Assembly: GCA_964627085.1 (NCBI GenBank)
Contig: CAZVIP010000003.1
Location: 19,689 to 83,688, forward strand
Source of the DNA: an uncultured Candidatus Saccharibacteria bacterium
GTDB taxonomy: Bacteria; Patescibacteriota; Minisyncoccia; Phycocordibacterales; CAIZLB01
Length of the DNA stretch: 64,000 bases
Reading direction: 5' to 3'
The notes under the pieces were generated by a model. It did no database searches, was not told the origin of the DNA, and saw only the letters and a list, made by a program, of their open reading frames with translations. Below, piece after piece: positions 1-9,959 of the stretch; the first letter of the stretch is position 1, and each line of letters starts with the position of its first letter. Both the position numbers and the translations under genes were made by a program.

Positions 1-686
1 CTACTGACAGCATCAACGAAGGGTTCTATCTCTATCCCATCATGACCACCATCAGGGTCATCTCCACAGAGCAAGACACGCTGGACAGTGCCGCGGTAAT
101 CCTGCAGTTTAGAGACAAGACAATCTGGATCATCACCAATTTGCGAGAGTGCCTCGCGATTTACTTGCAAGACAAACTCAGGCAACTTCCCTTGCACCCT
201 CTCTTTTACATCTTGGATACTCGCCGGTGTCGGCCACTCAGTATTAAGTTGCAACATGTCGAGGTTGGGGCCAGCAAGTTCCATTGCTTTTGCAATTTCC
301 TTAGCAGAAATTTTGTATTCTGTATAGTTGAAGATGAGACACCGACGGAGATGAATTTCAAACTCCCTCGGATACAGTCTCGTAAACATCTTTTGAACAC
401 ATTCCTGACTCGGATAGCGACCACCAGCTGGTTCCTCAGCGACGGTCTCAGGGCCGCAATTAATGCCGACAACAAACTTACTTCGCGAGCCATGTTTGCG
501 CTCACTGTAATATTGCCTGACGGCATCCTGCATCTGGCTTGTGCAAGTGAGGCCAGCAACATAAATTACCGGGCTTGGCTTTTTAGACTTTTCTGGACTC
601 ATGACTTTGTTTCTTTCTATTTTGGTTTTGGGCTTCAGCGTTCTGCTTGGTCCAATTTTGGATTGTGTATTGGTTTTGGTCGGCAT
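1..686 (-). CDS. Hypothetical protein, N-terminal ~228 aa (C-terminus lies beyond the window start); function not recognised
   Basis: I translated the minus strand by hand. There is an ATG at 684-686 and the frame stays open down to position 1 (MPTKTNTQSKIGPS...VIYVAGLTCTSQ...FVVGINCGPETVAEEPAGG...). The annotated + ORF 42..707 is its shadow and does not read like a protein. Confidence 0.45.
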   Translation of the reverse strand, partial: MPTKTNTQSKIGPSRTLKPKTKIERNKVMSPEKSKKPSPVIYVAGLTCTSQMQDAVRQYYSERKHGSRSKFVVGINCGPETVAEEPAGGRYPSQECVQKMFTRLYPREFEIHLRRCLIFNYTEYKISAKEIAKAMELAGPNLDMLQLNTEWPTPASIQDVKERVQGKLPEFVLQVNREALSQIGDDPDCLVSKLQDYRGTVQRVLLCGDDPDGGHDGIEIEPFVDAVS

Positions 687-952
687 CACGGTATTGTTTT
701 GCCTTAGAACTTATTCTCTGGATTAAAGAGTACCCCCTATCCATAACTTGTCAATTGTGTTGTTGTCCAAACTGACAGTGATTCTATTCAGGCAAAATTG
801 ATACCAACCACACTTTCTTTTATGCTTTGACAAAGCCTAAATACAGTGCTATAATATACAAGCACCCCGTTTCGACATACCGTCGACAGGAAGACGTGCA
901 CTGAACCCGCCAATGCATAAAAACTACACGCAAAGGCAAACCCACACAGAAA

Positions 953-1741
953 ATGAAGCTCATTCAAATTGGAACCCTCCTCGGAGTGCTCCTCTGCAAT
1001 ACCACCACAATCACTGCTGCCGATGACTCAAAAGTCCCGGTAGCTGAAGTCCAACACATCGATTCGGTGTCCACTACCGGCCACTTGTCCTTGTCCAGCA
1101 AATACCTGTCCTTCGGGTCGGGTATCGAGCTGACAGACAAACCCGTCCTGCAAGGTGACATTACCTTGAACTTCAATAAAACCGGTCTCTACGCCCTCGT
1201 CTGGGCATCCACCAGTTTCGATTCCAGTTACAGGAAGAGCAGCTCCGGCAATATCGATTTCGGCAATGAGATCAACTTGGGTGTCGGCTGGTCTGGGCAA
1301 GTGCTCGGACTCGCCACCAATGCAGGTATCACATACTTCGATGAGCCACTGCTTGGCCGAGAGGGTGCGGGAGATATCCTCTATACGCACCTTAAGCTCG
1401 GAAAGGTTCTTGGAGCAGGATACACCCTCTCCGCTTCCTTTGAGAACTACTGGGCATTGCCTGGTAGCTCAGTCGGAGGTGGAAACCTTTACGGTCTTGA
1501 ACTCTCGAACAGCTGGCACCTTGCTAGCAAGCTAACCCTGCTTGCAACCACCGCCCTTGTTTACGATGATGGAGGCTTTGGAGCCGGAAGCGGGCTACTC
1601 ATCCGTGGCGCGACAACCCTGAGCTATCAGCTCACTGATAACCTGTCGATCGACGGTGGCACCAGGTTCTACCTGCCCACCATGTCGGACTATCGCAGCC
1701 CAGACGCAACCTTCTTTATTGGCGCTTCGAAGAAATTCTAG
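953..1741 (+). CDS. Secreted beta-rich protein resembling an outer-membrane beta-barrel
   Basis: It has an N-terminal signal-like segment (MKLIQIGTLLGVLLCNTTTITAAD). Amphipathic alternating strands recur (LYALVWAST, INLGVGWSG, YTLSASFENYWAL, LTLLATTALVY, LSIDGGTRFYLP). The protein ends ...GASKKF with a C-terminal Phe. The segment is GC-rich. Confidence 0.5.
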   Translation: MKLIQIGTLLGVLLCNTTTITAADDSKVPVAEVQHIDSVSTTGHLSLSSKYLSFGSGIELTDKPVLQGDITLNFNKTGLYALVWASTSFDSSYRKSSSGNIDFGNEINLGVGWSGQVLGLATNAGITYFDEPLLGREGAGDILYTHLKLGKVLGAGYTLSASFENYWALPGSSVGGGNLYGLELSNSWHLASKLTLLATTALVYDDGGFGAGSGLLIRGATTLSYQLTDNLSIDGGTRFYLPTMSDYRSPDATFFIGASKKF

Positions 1742-2046
1742 CCGACAGACAAGAAGGTGTCTTGCGCAACAAGACACAACATCGCACGGCGCGCCCAGAT
1801 GGGCGCGCCGTTTTCAATTTTTAAATATTTGACAAAATATGATTACTGTATTACTTTATTGGAAAGTTCTTTGGAAACACGTGCGTTTACAGCCTTAAAT
1901 ACTGGAAAGATACATAAGAGCTTTTACCCTTTTTTCCGTTTTTTATTATTTATTATTTCGAATATTTAAGGCTGTAAACCACATTCAATATGGATAGTGG
2001 TAGAAATTCAGCACCACAACAAAAACACTAGAAAGAAACCGGGCTC

Positions 2047-2868
2047 ATGCCTCCGAAAACCAAACAACAGAGACTATCTTCAACTGGCATCCTCTTTCGC
2101 ATAAGCGATACGAACCCAGTGAAAAATGATCCGATCATGCAAGTCGCCTTCGGCGAGACGGTGCTCGGGACACTTACCCCTGATTGCCAAAAATACTGGG
2201 CACGGATCACTGTCGTCGGAACAAAAATCGATGAAATGACACAACGGGTCAATGACCTAACCCAGGAATTCGGGACCGCAAATGAAAAAAGTATCCTTAT
2301 CAACGGCACCACTTTGCCCGTTGAGACCGCAGTTGCCTTCCGGGCAACCCTGGCTATCATCATCGCCTGTGCGAACAAACACTTGGTGGAGTTCCGGACT
2401 CTCTGGAACTTCTTCCACACACTCGTTGAAATCGATTTCCTCGAACTGGAGGATTGTGTTCGCAATGGAAAACAATATGGTATCCGCACCGGGTATAAGG
2501 TTATTGTCCGAGACGACGATTTGCGAGGAGATGCCGACAACGCTTTTAAGCGTTTTCACAGAGCGGTGGAGCTCGCAAGAGGGCTGTTTCGTGGAGTCAA
2601 CTGTCTCGCACTTCAAACATGTGACAGAGATGCTGCAAATCACTACATTGGTATGCTTTTCTTCAAGAAAGACGATGAAGGAGGTGAGGGAGACAACAAC
2701 CCTCCTGCCCAACTCGAAGATGGCAATACCGAAGGTGGTGCAAAAGCCCCGCAGTCAACTGAGTCCTCTGCGAGCAATTCGGTAACGGCCAAGCCACTGA
2801 AGGCCAAGAAAGCGGCGAAGAAGAAGCGTGCCAAAAAGAAATCAGCACGCAAAACCACCCTCGACTAA
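2047..2868 (+). CDS. Hypothetical protein with a lysine-rich C-terminal tail
   Basis: The 273-aa ORF ends ...KPLKAKKAAKKKRAKKKSARKTTLD. A hairpin plus T-run follows it. Confidence 0.45.
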   Translation: MPPKTKQQRLSSTGILFRISDTNPVKNDPIMQVAFGETVLGTLTPDCQKYWARITVVGTKIDEMTQRVNDLTQEFGTANEKSILINGTTLPVETAVAFRATLAIIIACANKHLVEFRTLWNFFHTLVEIDFLELEDCVRNGKQYGIRTGYKVIVRDDDLRGDADNAFKRFHRAVELARGLFRGVNCLALQTCDRDAANHYIGMLFFKKDDEGGEGDNNPPAQLEDGNTEGGAKAPQSTESSASNSVTAKPLKAKKAAKKKRAKKKSARKTTLD

Positions 2869-2898
2869 ACCCACCAATCAACCACTAACCATATTGAA

Positions 2899-2939
2899 GA
2901 CCGCCCCTTTGCATTCGTGCGAAGTGGCGGTTTTCTTTT
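2899..2939 (+). terminator. Intrinsic terminator (accgcc...ggcggt stem followed by TTTTCTTTT)
   Basis: Hairpin followed by a T-run, immediately after the stop of the 2047..2868 gene. Confidence 0.5.
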
Positions 2940-3034
2940 GATTCCCCTTTGATTACATAGGTACAAAACTTGAAACAAAGCCGTATTCAGGTCAATAGCT
3001 TGACGTGGGGTCATAAAAAATGTTATAGAAAAGT

Positions 3035-3880
3035 GTGGATGAAGAATTCTCTTTATCCAATATTGCACTGCGAAGAGCTCCTATACTCAAATCAGGCAAT
3101 ATCAGTACAACAATCAAAGACACAGAAATGACCGTAACTCAGTTAGACAAGACAAATTTGCGTAGCGCACTCAATCGCTTCGCGAATGCAACCTCGCTGT
3201 TAATTCAGCAATTAGTTCTTTTGTTCGCAATCAGCTTGGGACTTTATTCCCTTTCCGTAGGCACATTGTATGCAGGAGAAGACCATGTCCATGAGGCAAC
3301 CTCAGTCGCGAGAACCGTGGCAAAGATTGCACCAGAGACCATTCCTACAGCCCATGATCGGATCGAAAAGGAAACAAATTCCCAATCCACGCCCGTTAAA
3401 GTTAAATCACCCGAGACAATTTTTGCTCGGAGCACAAGCTATAACAAAGACGAAAAAAAGTCAGACGAAGACACTCGTGCTGACAAAACCTCAACTGAGG
3501 TTGATATTTTCGATTTGAAAGAGCTTGGCTTGGGCACCGTCGCAGTCGATCCAAAAGTAATCCCATACGGGAGTGCAATCATTGCACCAGATAACACTAT
3601 CTGTATCGCAGTCGACACCGGTGGAGATGTCAAAAAAAGAAGGGCCTCAAAAGAACGCGCCGAAGCAATCGGACTTCGCCCATCGAGCAAAGAATACCGA
3701 GCACCAGTGCTCGACTTCTACAGCTATAAGCAAATGGGTAAAGAATGGGATAATTTCAGATTTATTCGCTATGAGGGCAAAACTCCTTTTCAGGAGCTAA
3801 CTTCGAGCGAGAAAAATGAATATCTCGAAACATTGTCCAAAATACTTGGTCTCAATTCCCTGCTCGCTAGCTCAAGCTAG
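3035..3880 (+). CDS. 3D-domain (MltA/YuiC-like) cell-wall-associated protein
   Basis: The C-terminal region LGTVAVDPKVIPYGSAIIAPDNTICIAVDTGGDVKKRR matches the 3D (Asp-rich) domain signature. A TM-like segment (LLIQQLVLLFAISLGLYSL) lies upstream. Confidence 0.6.
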   Translation: MDEEFSLSNIALRRAPILKSGNISTTIKDTEMTVTQLDKTNLRSALNRFANATSLLIQQLVLLFAISLGLYSLSVGTLYAGEDHVHEATSVARTVAKIAPETIPTAHDRIEKETNSQSTPVKVKSPETIFARSTSYNKDEKKSDEDTRADKTSTEVDIFDLKELGLGTVAVDPKVIPYGSAIIAPDNTICIAVDTGGDVKKRRASKERAEAIGLRPSSKEYRAPVLDFYSYKQMGKEWDNFRFIRYEGKTPFQELTSSEKNEYLETLSKILGLNSLLASSS

Positions 3881-3912
3881 TTGCATTAGGAAAAAGCAAG
3901 TGAAGTAAAAAA

Positions 3913-3950
3913 CATGTCTGTGTGGTGCCCCTTGGGCGCCACACAGATTT
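3913..3950. terminator. Bidirectional intrinsic terminator between convergent genes
   Basis: The hairpin tctgtgtggtgcccc/gggcgccacacaga is flanked by an A-run upstream and a T-run downstream. It coincides with the switch from GC-rich to AT-rich sequence. Confidence 0.55.
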
Positions 3951-3956
3951 TTTATT

Positions 3957-5213
3957 TTATTTTTTTACGATATACGCATCAATGACTTCATTGTCTACAT
4001 TTTTAAAATAACAGAGAGCTGTGTCTTTTTTACCTTCATAATTAAATGCACAAAACATTGATCCGTATTTTGCACCTTGGCTTGATGTATACACAGTAGA
4101 CCACCACGGACTTGTATATGTCTGCGGTCTGATACTCTTGCCACCTAGACCTGATACCGTAACAAATGATTTGCCTTTTTCTAGGTGTATTTCATCAACA
4201 AGACTTGAACCAGAAACACCAGCGGGATCTGACGCTGACCCTAAGCGAACCATATTTTTTGGAGATATAATTTGCTTTTCAAAACTATCCATCAAATAAG
4301 TTCGTGAATATGAATGTTCATGTCCGGTGACAATAGGAAAACCAAGGGCTCGACAAGCTTCATATGTTTGCCAGCCTGCCTCGTCAGGTTTGCTTCCAGC
4401 CTGCATAAGATGTTGATTTTTGTGCCAAACACAGAAGTTCCATGTTGCTGACAAATCTTTCATTGAAGACGCTGAAGATGTAATATAGTTTGCAAAATTC
4501 TCTTTGGTCTCTTTGATTGAATCAATACCTGGTGCCGTAATGTACATATGTAAATCACGGAACGTGCACGTTGATTTAATCGCTGTTTCCCCCGTACATT
4601 TGACTGATGGTGTATTTTTTTGATGGGAAGAAATTAACTGACTATACCCTTTCCATTCTTTTTCATCATGATTTCCAATAACTGCAATGAGTGGAAAATC
4701 TTTTCCAAGGACATTTGTGAACATGCTATACCATAAATTTGGATTATCAATATAATCATAATCCCCGAGCAGAGCGAGCGCATCTGCATTTTCATTTTTG
4801 ATGAGTTTAAGTACATCTGTGGTATTTGTATCAGCACCTTGGTCACCGACAAAAGCTACAATATATGTACTTTTGTTCATTGCTTTGATTTTAGCCGCGT
4901 CGATACTTAGATTTGAAATTGTTTTTTCTTTGTCAGGGCTAATTGAGGCCTGATTTGATGTATCTACAGCAACTTGAGTGTCATCGTCCGTCGCAGGATT
5001 ATTGACTTGTCCTTCATTCATACCCTGGCTTGTACCGAGACCACTATTTGCGCCGGTTTGCTTATCATATAAATCTTTTTGTTTTGTAGAGCGGTCGATA
5101 ATACTATCGAATTCTTTTGAGCTCTTTTGCGTATACCAATATACACCTCCGAGTGCACCTGCGATGAGGAGCAAAATAATCATCATTGCGATTACCGTTT
5201 TTTGCATGTTCAT
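3957..5213 (-). CDS. Membrane-anchored calcineurin-like metallophosphoesterase
   Basis: The motifs VGDQGAD, LLGDYDY, GNHDE and VTGHEHSY are present. I placed the start at the internal Met (MNMQKTV + TM helix), because the longer ORF to 5336 overlaps tsaD. Confidence 0.7.
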   Translation of the reverse strand: MNMQKTVIAMMIILLLIAGALGGVYWYTQKSSKEFDSIIDRSTKQKDLYDKQTGANSGLGTSQGMNEGQVNNPATDDDTQVAVDTSNQASISPDKEKTISNLSIDAAKIKAMNKSTYIVAFVGDQGADTNTTDVLKLIKNENADALALLGDYDYIDNPNLWYSMFTNVLGKDFPLIAVIGNHDEKEWKGYSQLISSHQKNTPSVKCTGETAIKSTCTFRDLHMYITAPGIDSIKETKENFANYITSSASSMKDLSATWNFCVWHKNQHLMQAGSKPDEAGWQTYEACRALGFPIVTGHEHSYSRTYLMDSFEKQIISPKNMVRLGSASDPAGVSGSSLVDEIHLEKGKSFVTVSGLGGKSIRPQTYTSPWWSTVYTSSQGAKYGSMFCAFNYEGKKDTALCYFKNVDNEVIDAYIVKK

Positions 5214-5246
5214 GTTATATATAGTATCACCAAAATAGATAATTTT

Positions 5247-6764
5247 ATGGATAAAAACCCACATATCCCTGTGCATACACAAACGCAAAGCTCTACACAA
5301 AACCCTGTACCGGGCACTGTACAAAATTCTGTGCATGGCCCTGTGCCAGGCATCTCGACATGCCCGAGGATTATTGCCATCGAAACCAGTTGTGATGAAA
5401 CTGCTATTTCATATATGTGTGGGCTCTCAGCGCTTTCTCATAGAGTGAATTCTCAGGCGGCACTTCACGCTGAGTTTGGGGGTGTTTTTCCTAATCTTGC
5501 AAAAAGAGAACATACAGAAAATCTAACCCCACTTCTTCGTCTTGTCCTTAGGGATGTATATCCGAACTTCCAGCCCGTAGAAATAGAGGAAACAGAAAAG
5601 AATCTAGCGATATTGGAATTGGAGAAAAAAGAATCTGACCACGGAAATATATCAGAATCAAAATCACAAACAATCAAAGAAATACTTGTACGCGAAGGAA
5701 ATCTCGGAGACAACCTAATCTCTTTTATCAATTCAATTTCTGTTGAAATTTTTGAAGAAATAAAAAGGACAACAGACGCTATCGCTGTGACTTATGGACC
5801 AGGGCTTGAGCCAGCGCTATGGGTAGGAATATCTTTTGCAAAAGCGCTCGCCGTCATTTTTGACAAACCTCTTTACCCCATCAACCACATGGAGGGACAT
5901 ATTGCTTCGGTGATTGCTGATAATTCTATGAATACAGATATTGCGACCAGTGTGGCCGCAGAAAACACAATCAAATTCCCCGCTATTGCACTTTTGATAT
6001 CTGGCGGACATACCGAGCTGGTGCAAATTAATTCATGGCATGACTATCATATACTTGGTCAAACTGTAGATGATGCCGTCGGCGAAGCATATGACAAAAC
6101 AGCCCGAATACTCGGACTTCCATATCCTGGCGGACCTGAAATTTCAAAACTCGCTGATATATTCCGTGCGAATATACAAAATACACAGAGCACAGATAAG
6201 CAAAGTAATGCCGTGCAATCAGAGACGCAAACAGAAAAGATGTTCACGCTCCCTCGCCCAATGCTCCATACAAAAGATTTTAATTTCTCTTTTTCTGGAT
6301 TAAAGACGGCAGTGCTCTATGCAGTACGTGACAAAGTGGCGGAGAAAAATACTGCTGATGTCGAAACCTCAGACGCAATAAATGCAGATAAAAAAACAAC
6401 ATTAGCTGAAGTGGAAAAAAGCGCACTCGCTTTTGAATTTGAGTCAGCGGTCATTGATGTGCTCGCACATAAAACAAAGAAAGCTATTGAATCTGTCGGC
6501 GCACAAAGTCTACTTATCGGAGGAGGCGTTATTTCAAACACAGCGATACGCGCGGCGTTTAGCGAGCTATGCGAATCGATGGATGTTGGGCTCTTTCTCC
6601 CTGAAAAAGATCTTGCGACTGATAATGCAACAATGATTGGACTAGTAGCCGTACTCCAATATATGGATGGTAAAAAAGGTCTCATGCCACAATCTGAAAA
6701 TGAAAAAGAATATGCTGAATTTTTGGCACTCAAAGCATGTGGTAATTTGGGTTTTGATTTATAG
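5247..6764 (+). CDS. tsaD: tRNA N6-adenosine threonylcarbamoyltransferase TsaD (Kae1/YgjD family) with large insertions
   Basis: The sequence RIIAIETSCDETAIS is followed by YGPGLEPALWVGISFAKALA, HMEGHI and SGGVISNTAIR. The start is uncertain: ATG 5247 or GTG 5343. The track ORF starts at TTG 5127. Confidence 0.75.
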   Translation: MDKNPHIPVHTQTQSSTQNPVPGTVQNSVHGPVPGISTCPRIIAIETSCDETAISYMCGLSALSHRVNSQAALHAEFGGVFPNLAKREHTENLTPLLRLVLRDVYPNFQPVEIEETEKNLAILELEKKESDHGNISESKSQTIKEILVREGNLGDNLISFINSISVEIFEEIKRTTDAIAVTYGPGLEPALWVGISFAKALAVIFDKPLYPINHMEGHIASVIADNSMNTDIATSVAAENTIKFPAIALLISGGHTELVQINSWHDYHILGQTVDDAVGEAYDKTARILGLPYPGGPEISKLADIFRANIQNTQSTDKQSNAVQSETQTEKMFTLPRPMLHTKDFNFSFSGLKTAVLYAVRDKVAEKNTADVETSDAINADKKTTLAEVEKSALAFEFESAVIDVLAHKTKKAIESVGAQSLLIGGGVISNTAIRAAFSELCESMDVGLFLPEKDLATDNATMIGLVAVLQYMDGKKGLMPQSENEKEYAEFLALKACGNLGFDL

Positions 6765-6805
6765 GTGGCGGGCTAAATAATTTTTATAAAAAACAATCCA
6801 TACAA

Positions 6806-6840
6806 AAACCCTCAGTTACGAGAGTTTTCGTATTGAGGGT
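6806..6840 (-). terminator. Intrinsic terminator for the small minus-strand gene
   Basis: On the minus strand, the hairpin accctca...tgagggt is followed by TTTTTGTATGG. Confidence 0.5.
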
Positions 6841-6876
6841 GTAGACATTAAACAACACATTCCTCTGGCTTAAAAA

Positions 6877-7104
6877 TCAGATAAAGATAACTCTCTCTTC
6901 CGTGCCGTCTTCGGATCTGATAATTAGCTGCTTTTTCTGGAGCGACGCCTTCAAAACAAAGTTTCTGAGGCTCAATCCTCTTCCGACCTCCTCGATCCTG
7001 CTCCTTGAGTCACCGATCTTGAGATTCTCATTGAGCAATCTATCGTCATGTGGGTTCAGGTCTAAATTTAACCGTTTTTTTGGTTTTTTTACTTCGCTTG
7101 CCAT
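6877..7104 (-). CDS. Small hypothetical basic protein (75 aa)
   Basis: A terminator lies downstream on the same strand. I recognise no family. Confidence 0.35.
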   Translation of the reverse strand: MASEVKKPKKRLNLDLNPHDDRLLNENLKIGDSRSRIEEVGRGLSLRNFVLKASLQKKQLIIRSEDGTEERVIFI

Positions 7105-7430
7105 AACATCTATTTGGGTTTGTGGTTTTATTTTTATTTAACAGAGCTATATTTCATTGATTAAAGTAACATATATTTACCATCTGTCAACAGATAAGCG
7201 CGCGCACTCAAAATTTCTGCCATGCCACACAAATTCTTTCTGTGGAAGCAATGAACCTCTACGAACTAATTACCCTTCAAAAACCCATAAAAATCTGGTA
7301 AAATGGCGAAATAATAGGAGAAGAAAAGCAGAGATAGGCAGCACCGTAACCACATACACAGCAACCCAATCCCTACCCTGCGCAAAACCACAACCAATTA
7401 CCACCCATAATCACCCTTAATTTTTAATCA

Positions 7431-9959
7431 ATGTCCGAAAACACACAACCAACAAGACAGCCAAATATACCTGAAAAATTCCTGAAGCCATATGATCCCA
7501 TTGAGACTGAGGCTCGAATCCAAAAACTAGAACAGGCTACACCTGATACATCTATCTACAATCCGGATGTTTTGTTGAATATGGGTATTTCTGACAAGGG
7601 TGATATGGATAGCTCTAACTCTTTTTCTATAATACTTCCCCCACCGAATGTAACCGGCACACTTCACCTCGGTCACGGTCTCATGCTCACTATCCAGGAC
7701 ATTCTAGTGCGTAAAGCTCGCATGCAAGGCAAAGATACACTCTGGATACCTGGGACAGATCATGCAGCAATCGCCACACAGTCAGTAGTTGAAAAAGAAA
7801 TTTCAAAAAAAGAAGGTAAATCTCGCTATGATATTGGTCGCGAAGAAATGCTCAAACGCATCGGTGAATTTGCCACAAAAAGTCATGACACAATTGTCTC
7901 TCAAACAAGACGTATGGGTGTGTCTCTTGATTGGTCTCGAGAAGCTTTTACACTCGATGACAAAAGAAATCATGCAGTACGAACAATGTTCAAGAAAATG
8001 TTTGACGATGGACTTATCTATCGTGGATTTCGAATTGTAAACTGGGATCCAAAAGGCCAGACAACGATCGCCGACGATGAACTTGTATACAAAGAAGAAA
8101 AATCAAAATTCTATTATTTCAAGTACGGACCATTTACTATTGCGACAGCAAGACCAGAAACAAAATTCGGTGACAAATATGTGGTTATGCATCCTGATGA
8201 CGCACGTTATTCTGCATATACTCATGGACAAAAAATTACAGTCGAATGGATTAATGGTGAAATAGAAGCCACTATTATCAAAGACGATAGTATCGATATG
8301 GAATTCGGTACTGGTGTTATGACAATTACTCCATGGCATTCTGCTGTGGACTTTGCTCTTGCAGAAAAATACAGTCTCGACAAAGAACAAATTATCGATA
8401 GATACGGCAAGCTACTTCCTGTTGCTGGTGAATTTGCTGGAATGAAAATTGCAGAAGCCCGAGAAAAAATTGTAGAAAAACTACAAAGCAAAGGTCTCGT
8501 AGAAAAAATCGAAGAAAACTATATTCACAATATTGCAACTGCAGAGCGAACAGGTGGGACAATTGAACCCCAGGTCATGAATCAATGGTTCGTTGCAGTA
8601 AACAAAGAATTCACTATTCCCTATTCTGAAATCGCAGGCATTTCAAGTGGTTCAAAAACAACACTCAAAGAAATTATGCGCAAAGCTGTTGATGGCGGAC
8701 AAATTGAAATCCTTCCTGAACATTTCAACAAAACATATTTCCACTGGATCGATAACCTCAATGACTGGTGTATTTCAAGACAGATTTGGTATGGTCACCG
8801 TATTCCTGTTTGGTACCGCAGTTTGAGTGGGCAGATTTTGGAAAAAAGCGGCGAACTCCACCCTTCAAATCCAGACCTCGAGATTTATTGTGGTATTACG
8901 GACCCAAATACGAATCCGACTACTGACCAAATGGCATCTGGGGGCAATACAGCAGATACATCTATGACAAATAGCAACCCTGGACCATGGATACAAGATG
9001 AAGACACGCTCGATACATGGTTCTCTTCTGCGCTTTGGACTTTCTCTACGCAGGGATGGCCAAGTGCTGATGCATGGGACAAAATAACTCACAAAGCAAA
9101 AGCAGGTTCAGACCTTGCGAGATTCCATCCCACAAATGTGCTTGTGACTGGATATGAAATTCTTTTCTTCTGGGTTGCACGTATGGTTCTCATGACAGGA
9201 TATGAACTTGGTACTATTCCATTCAAAACTGTATATCTCACAGGTACAGTTCGCGATAGCCAGGGACGAAAAATGTCAAAATCACTCGGTAATGGTGGTG
9301 ACCCAATCGAAATGTCTGACAAATATGGCGCAGATGCACTTCGTATGTTCTATGCCATGAGTACAACTCCTGGTACTGATACCAGAATCTATGAAGACAA
9401 AATTAAAGGTTATAAACATTTCTGTAATAAGCTTTGGAATATTACTCGCTTTATCCTAAGTGCCATTGATGAAAATGAGCATGCCCGTGGTATCTCTTTT
9501 GACAAAAAATTCACTGCATGGACAGAGCTCGATAGCGTCCATATCAATGAATGGAATGAAACAAAGAAGAAAATCTCTGACCACCTCGACCGATATCGCA
9601 TCCACCTCGCAGCAGAAGAACTCTATGGTTATGCATGGCATACATTTGCGGACAAGATTTTGGAGGAAAGTAAACCAATACTCAAATCTGACTTTGCCAA
9701 AGTACGTGGTGATATTGACTCTACTGCTGACACAATAATTGAGCAAGATCAAAACGATCAAGCCGATATCACAGAACAAAAAGTATCTGCGATTTCACGC
9801 GCACAAATGCTTCTCACCATCCTTCGAGAACTTCTTCTCACTGCACATCCATTTATTCCGCATGTGACACAAGAAATTTGGTCACTCCTTCCACAAGAAA
9901 TCAGAGAAGATGCAATAACTCATGGTATGATAGCTATTGAGAAATGGCCGCTTCAATAA
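7431..9959 (+). CDS. valS: Valine--tRNA ligase
   Basis: The class I HIGH-type motif PPPNVTGTLHLGHG, the KMSKSLGN motif and WISRQ/WDTWFSS blocks are present. At 842 aa it is typical of ValRS. Confidence 0.9.
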   Translation: MSENTQPTRQPNIPEKFLKPYDPIETEARIQKLEQATPDTSIYNPDVLLNMGISDKGDMDSSNSFSIILPPPNVTGTLHLGHGLMLTIQDILVRKARMQGKDTLWIPGTDHAAIATQSVVEKEISKKEGKSRYDIGREEMLKRIGEFATKSHDTIVSQTRRMGVSLDWSREAFTLDDKRNHAVRTMFKKMFDDGLIYRGFRIVNWDPKGQTTIADDELVYKEEKSKFYYFKYGPFTIATARPETKFGDKYVVMHPDDARYSAYTHGQKITVEWINGEIEATIIKDDSIDMEFGTGVMTITPWHSAVDFALAEKYSLDKEQIIDRYGKLLPVAGEFAGMKIAEAREKIVEKLQSKGLVEKIEENYIHNIATAERTGGTIEPQVMNQWFVAVNKEFTIPYSEIAGISSGSKTTLKEIMRKAVDGGQIEILPEHFNKTYFHWIDNLNDWCISRQIWYGHRIPVWYRSLSGQILEKSGELHPSNPDLEIYCGITDPNTNPTTDQMASGGNTADTSMTNSNPGPWIQDEDTLDTWFSSALWTFSTQGWPSADAWDKITHKAKAGSDLARFHPTNVLVTGYEILFFWVARMVLMTGYELGTIPFKTVYLTGTVRDSQGRKMSKSLGNGGDPIEMSDKYGADALRMFYAMSTTPGTDTRIYEDKIKGYKHFCNKLWNITRFILSAIDENEHARGISFDKKFTAWTELDSVHINEWNETKKKISDHLDRYRIHLAAEELYGYAWHTFADKILEESKPILKSDFAKVRGDIDSTADTIIEQDQNDQADITEQKVSAISRAQMLLTILRELLLTAHPFIPHVTQEIWSLLPQEIREDAITHGMIAIEKWPLQ

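Noticed and set aside
42-707. 221-aa + strand ORF at the window start
   Set aside because: Its translation has no protein-like features. The opposite strand in another frame gives a clean open frame from ATG 686 down to position 1, so I treat it as a shadow ORF.
5127-5246. TTG-initiated N-terminal extension of tsaD (track ORF start 5127)
   Set aside because: It would overlap the phosphoesterase coding region by ~90 nt on the other strand. An ATG (5247) or GTG (5343) start is more parsimonious.
7105-7430. T-box leader upstream of valS
   Set aside because: No AAnnnGGGTGGnACCGCG T-box consensus or specifier-loop architecture is visible. The track ORF 7157..7420 is likely noise.
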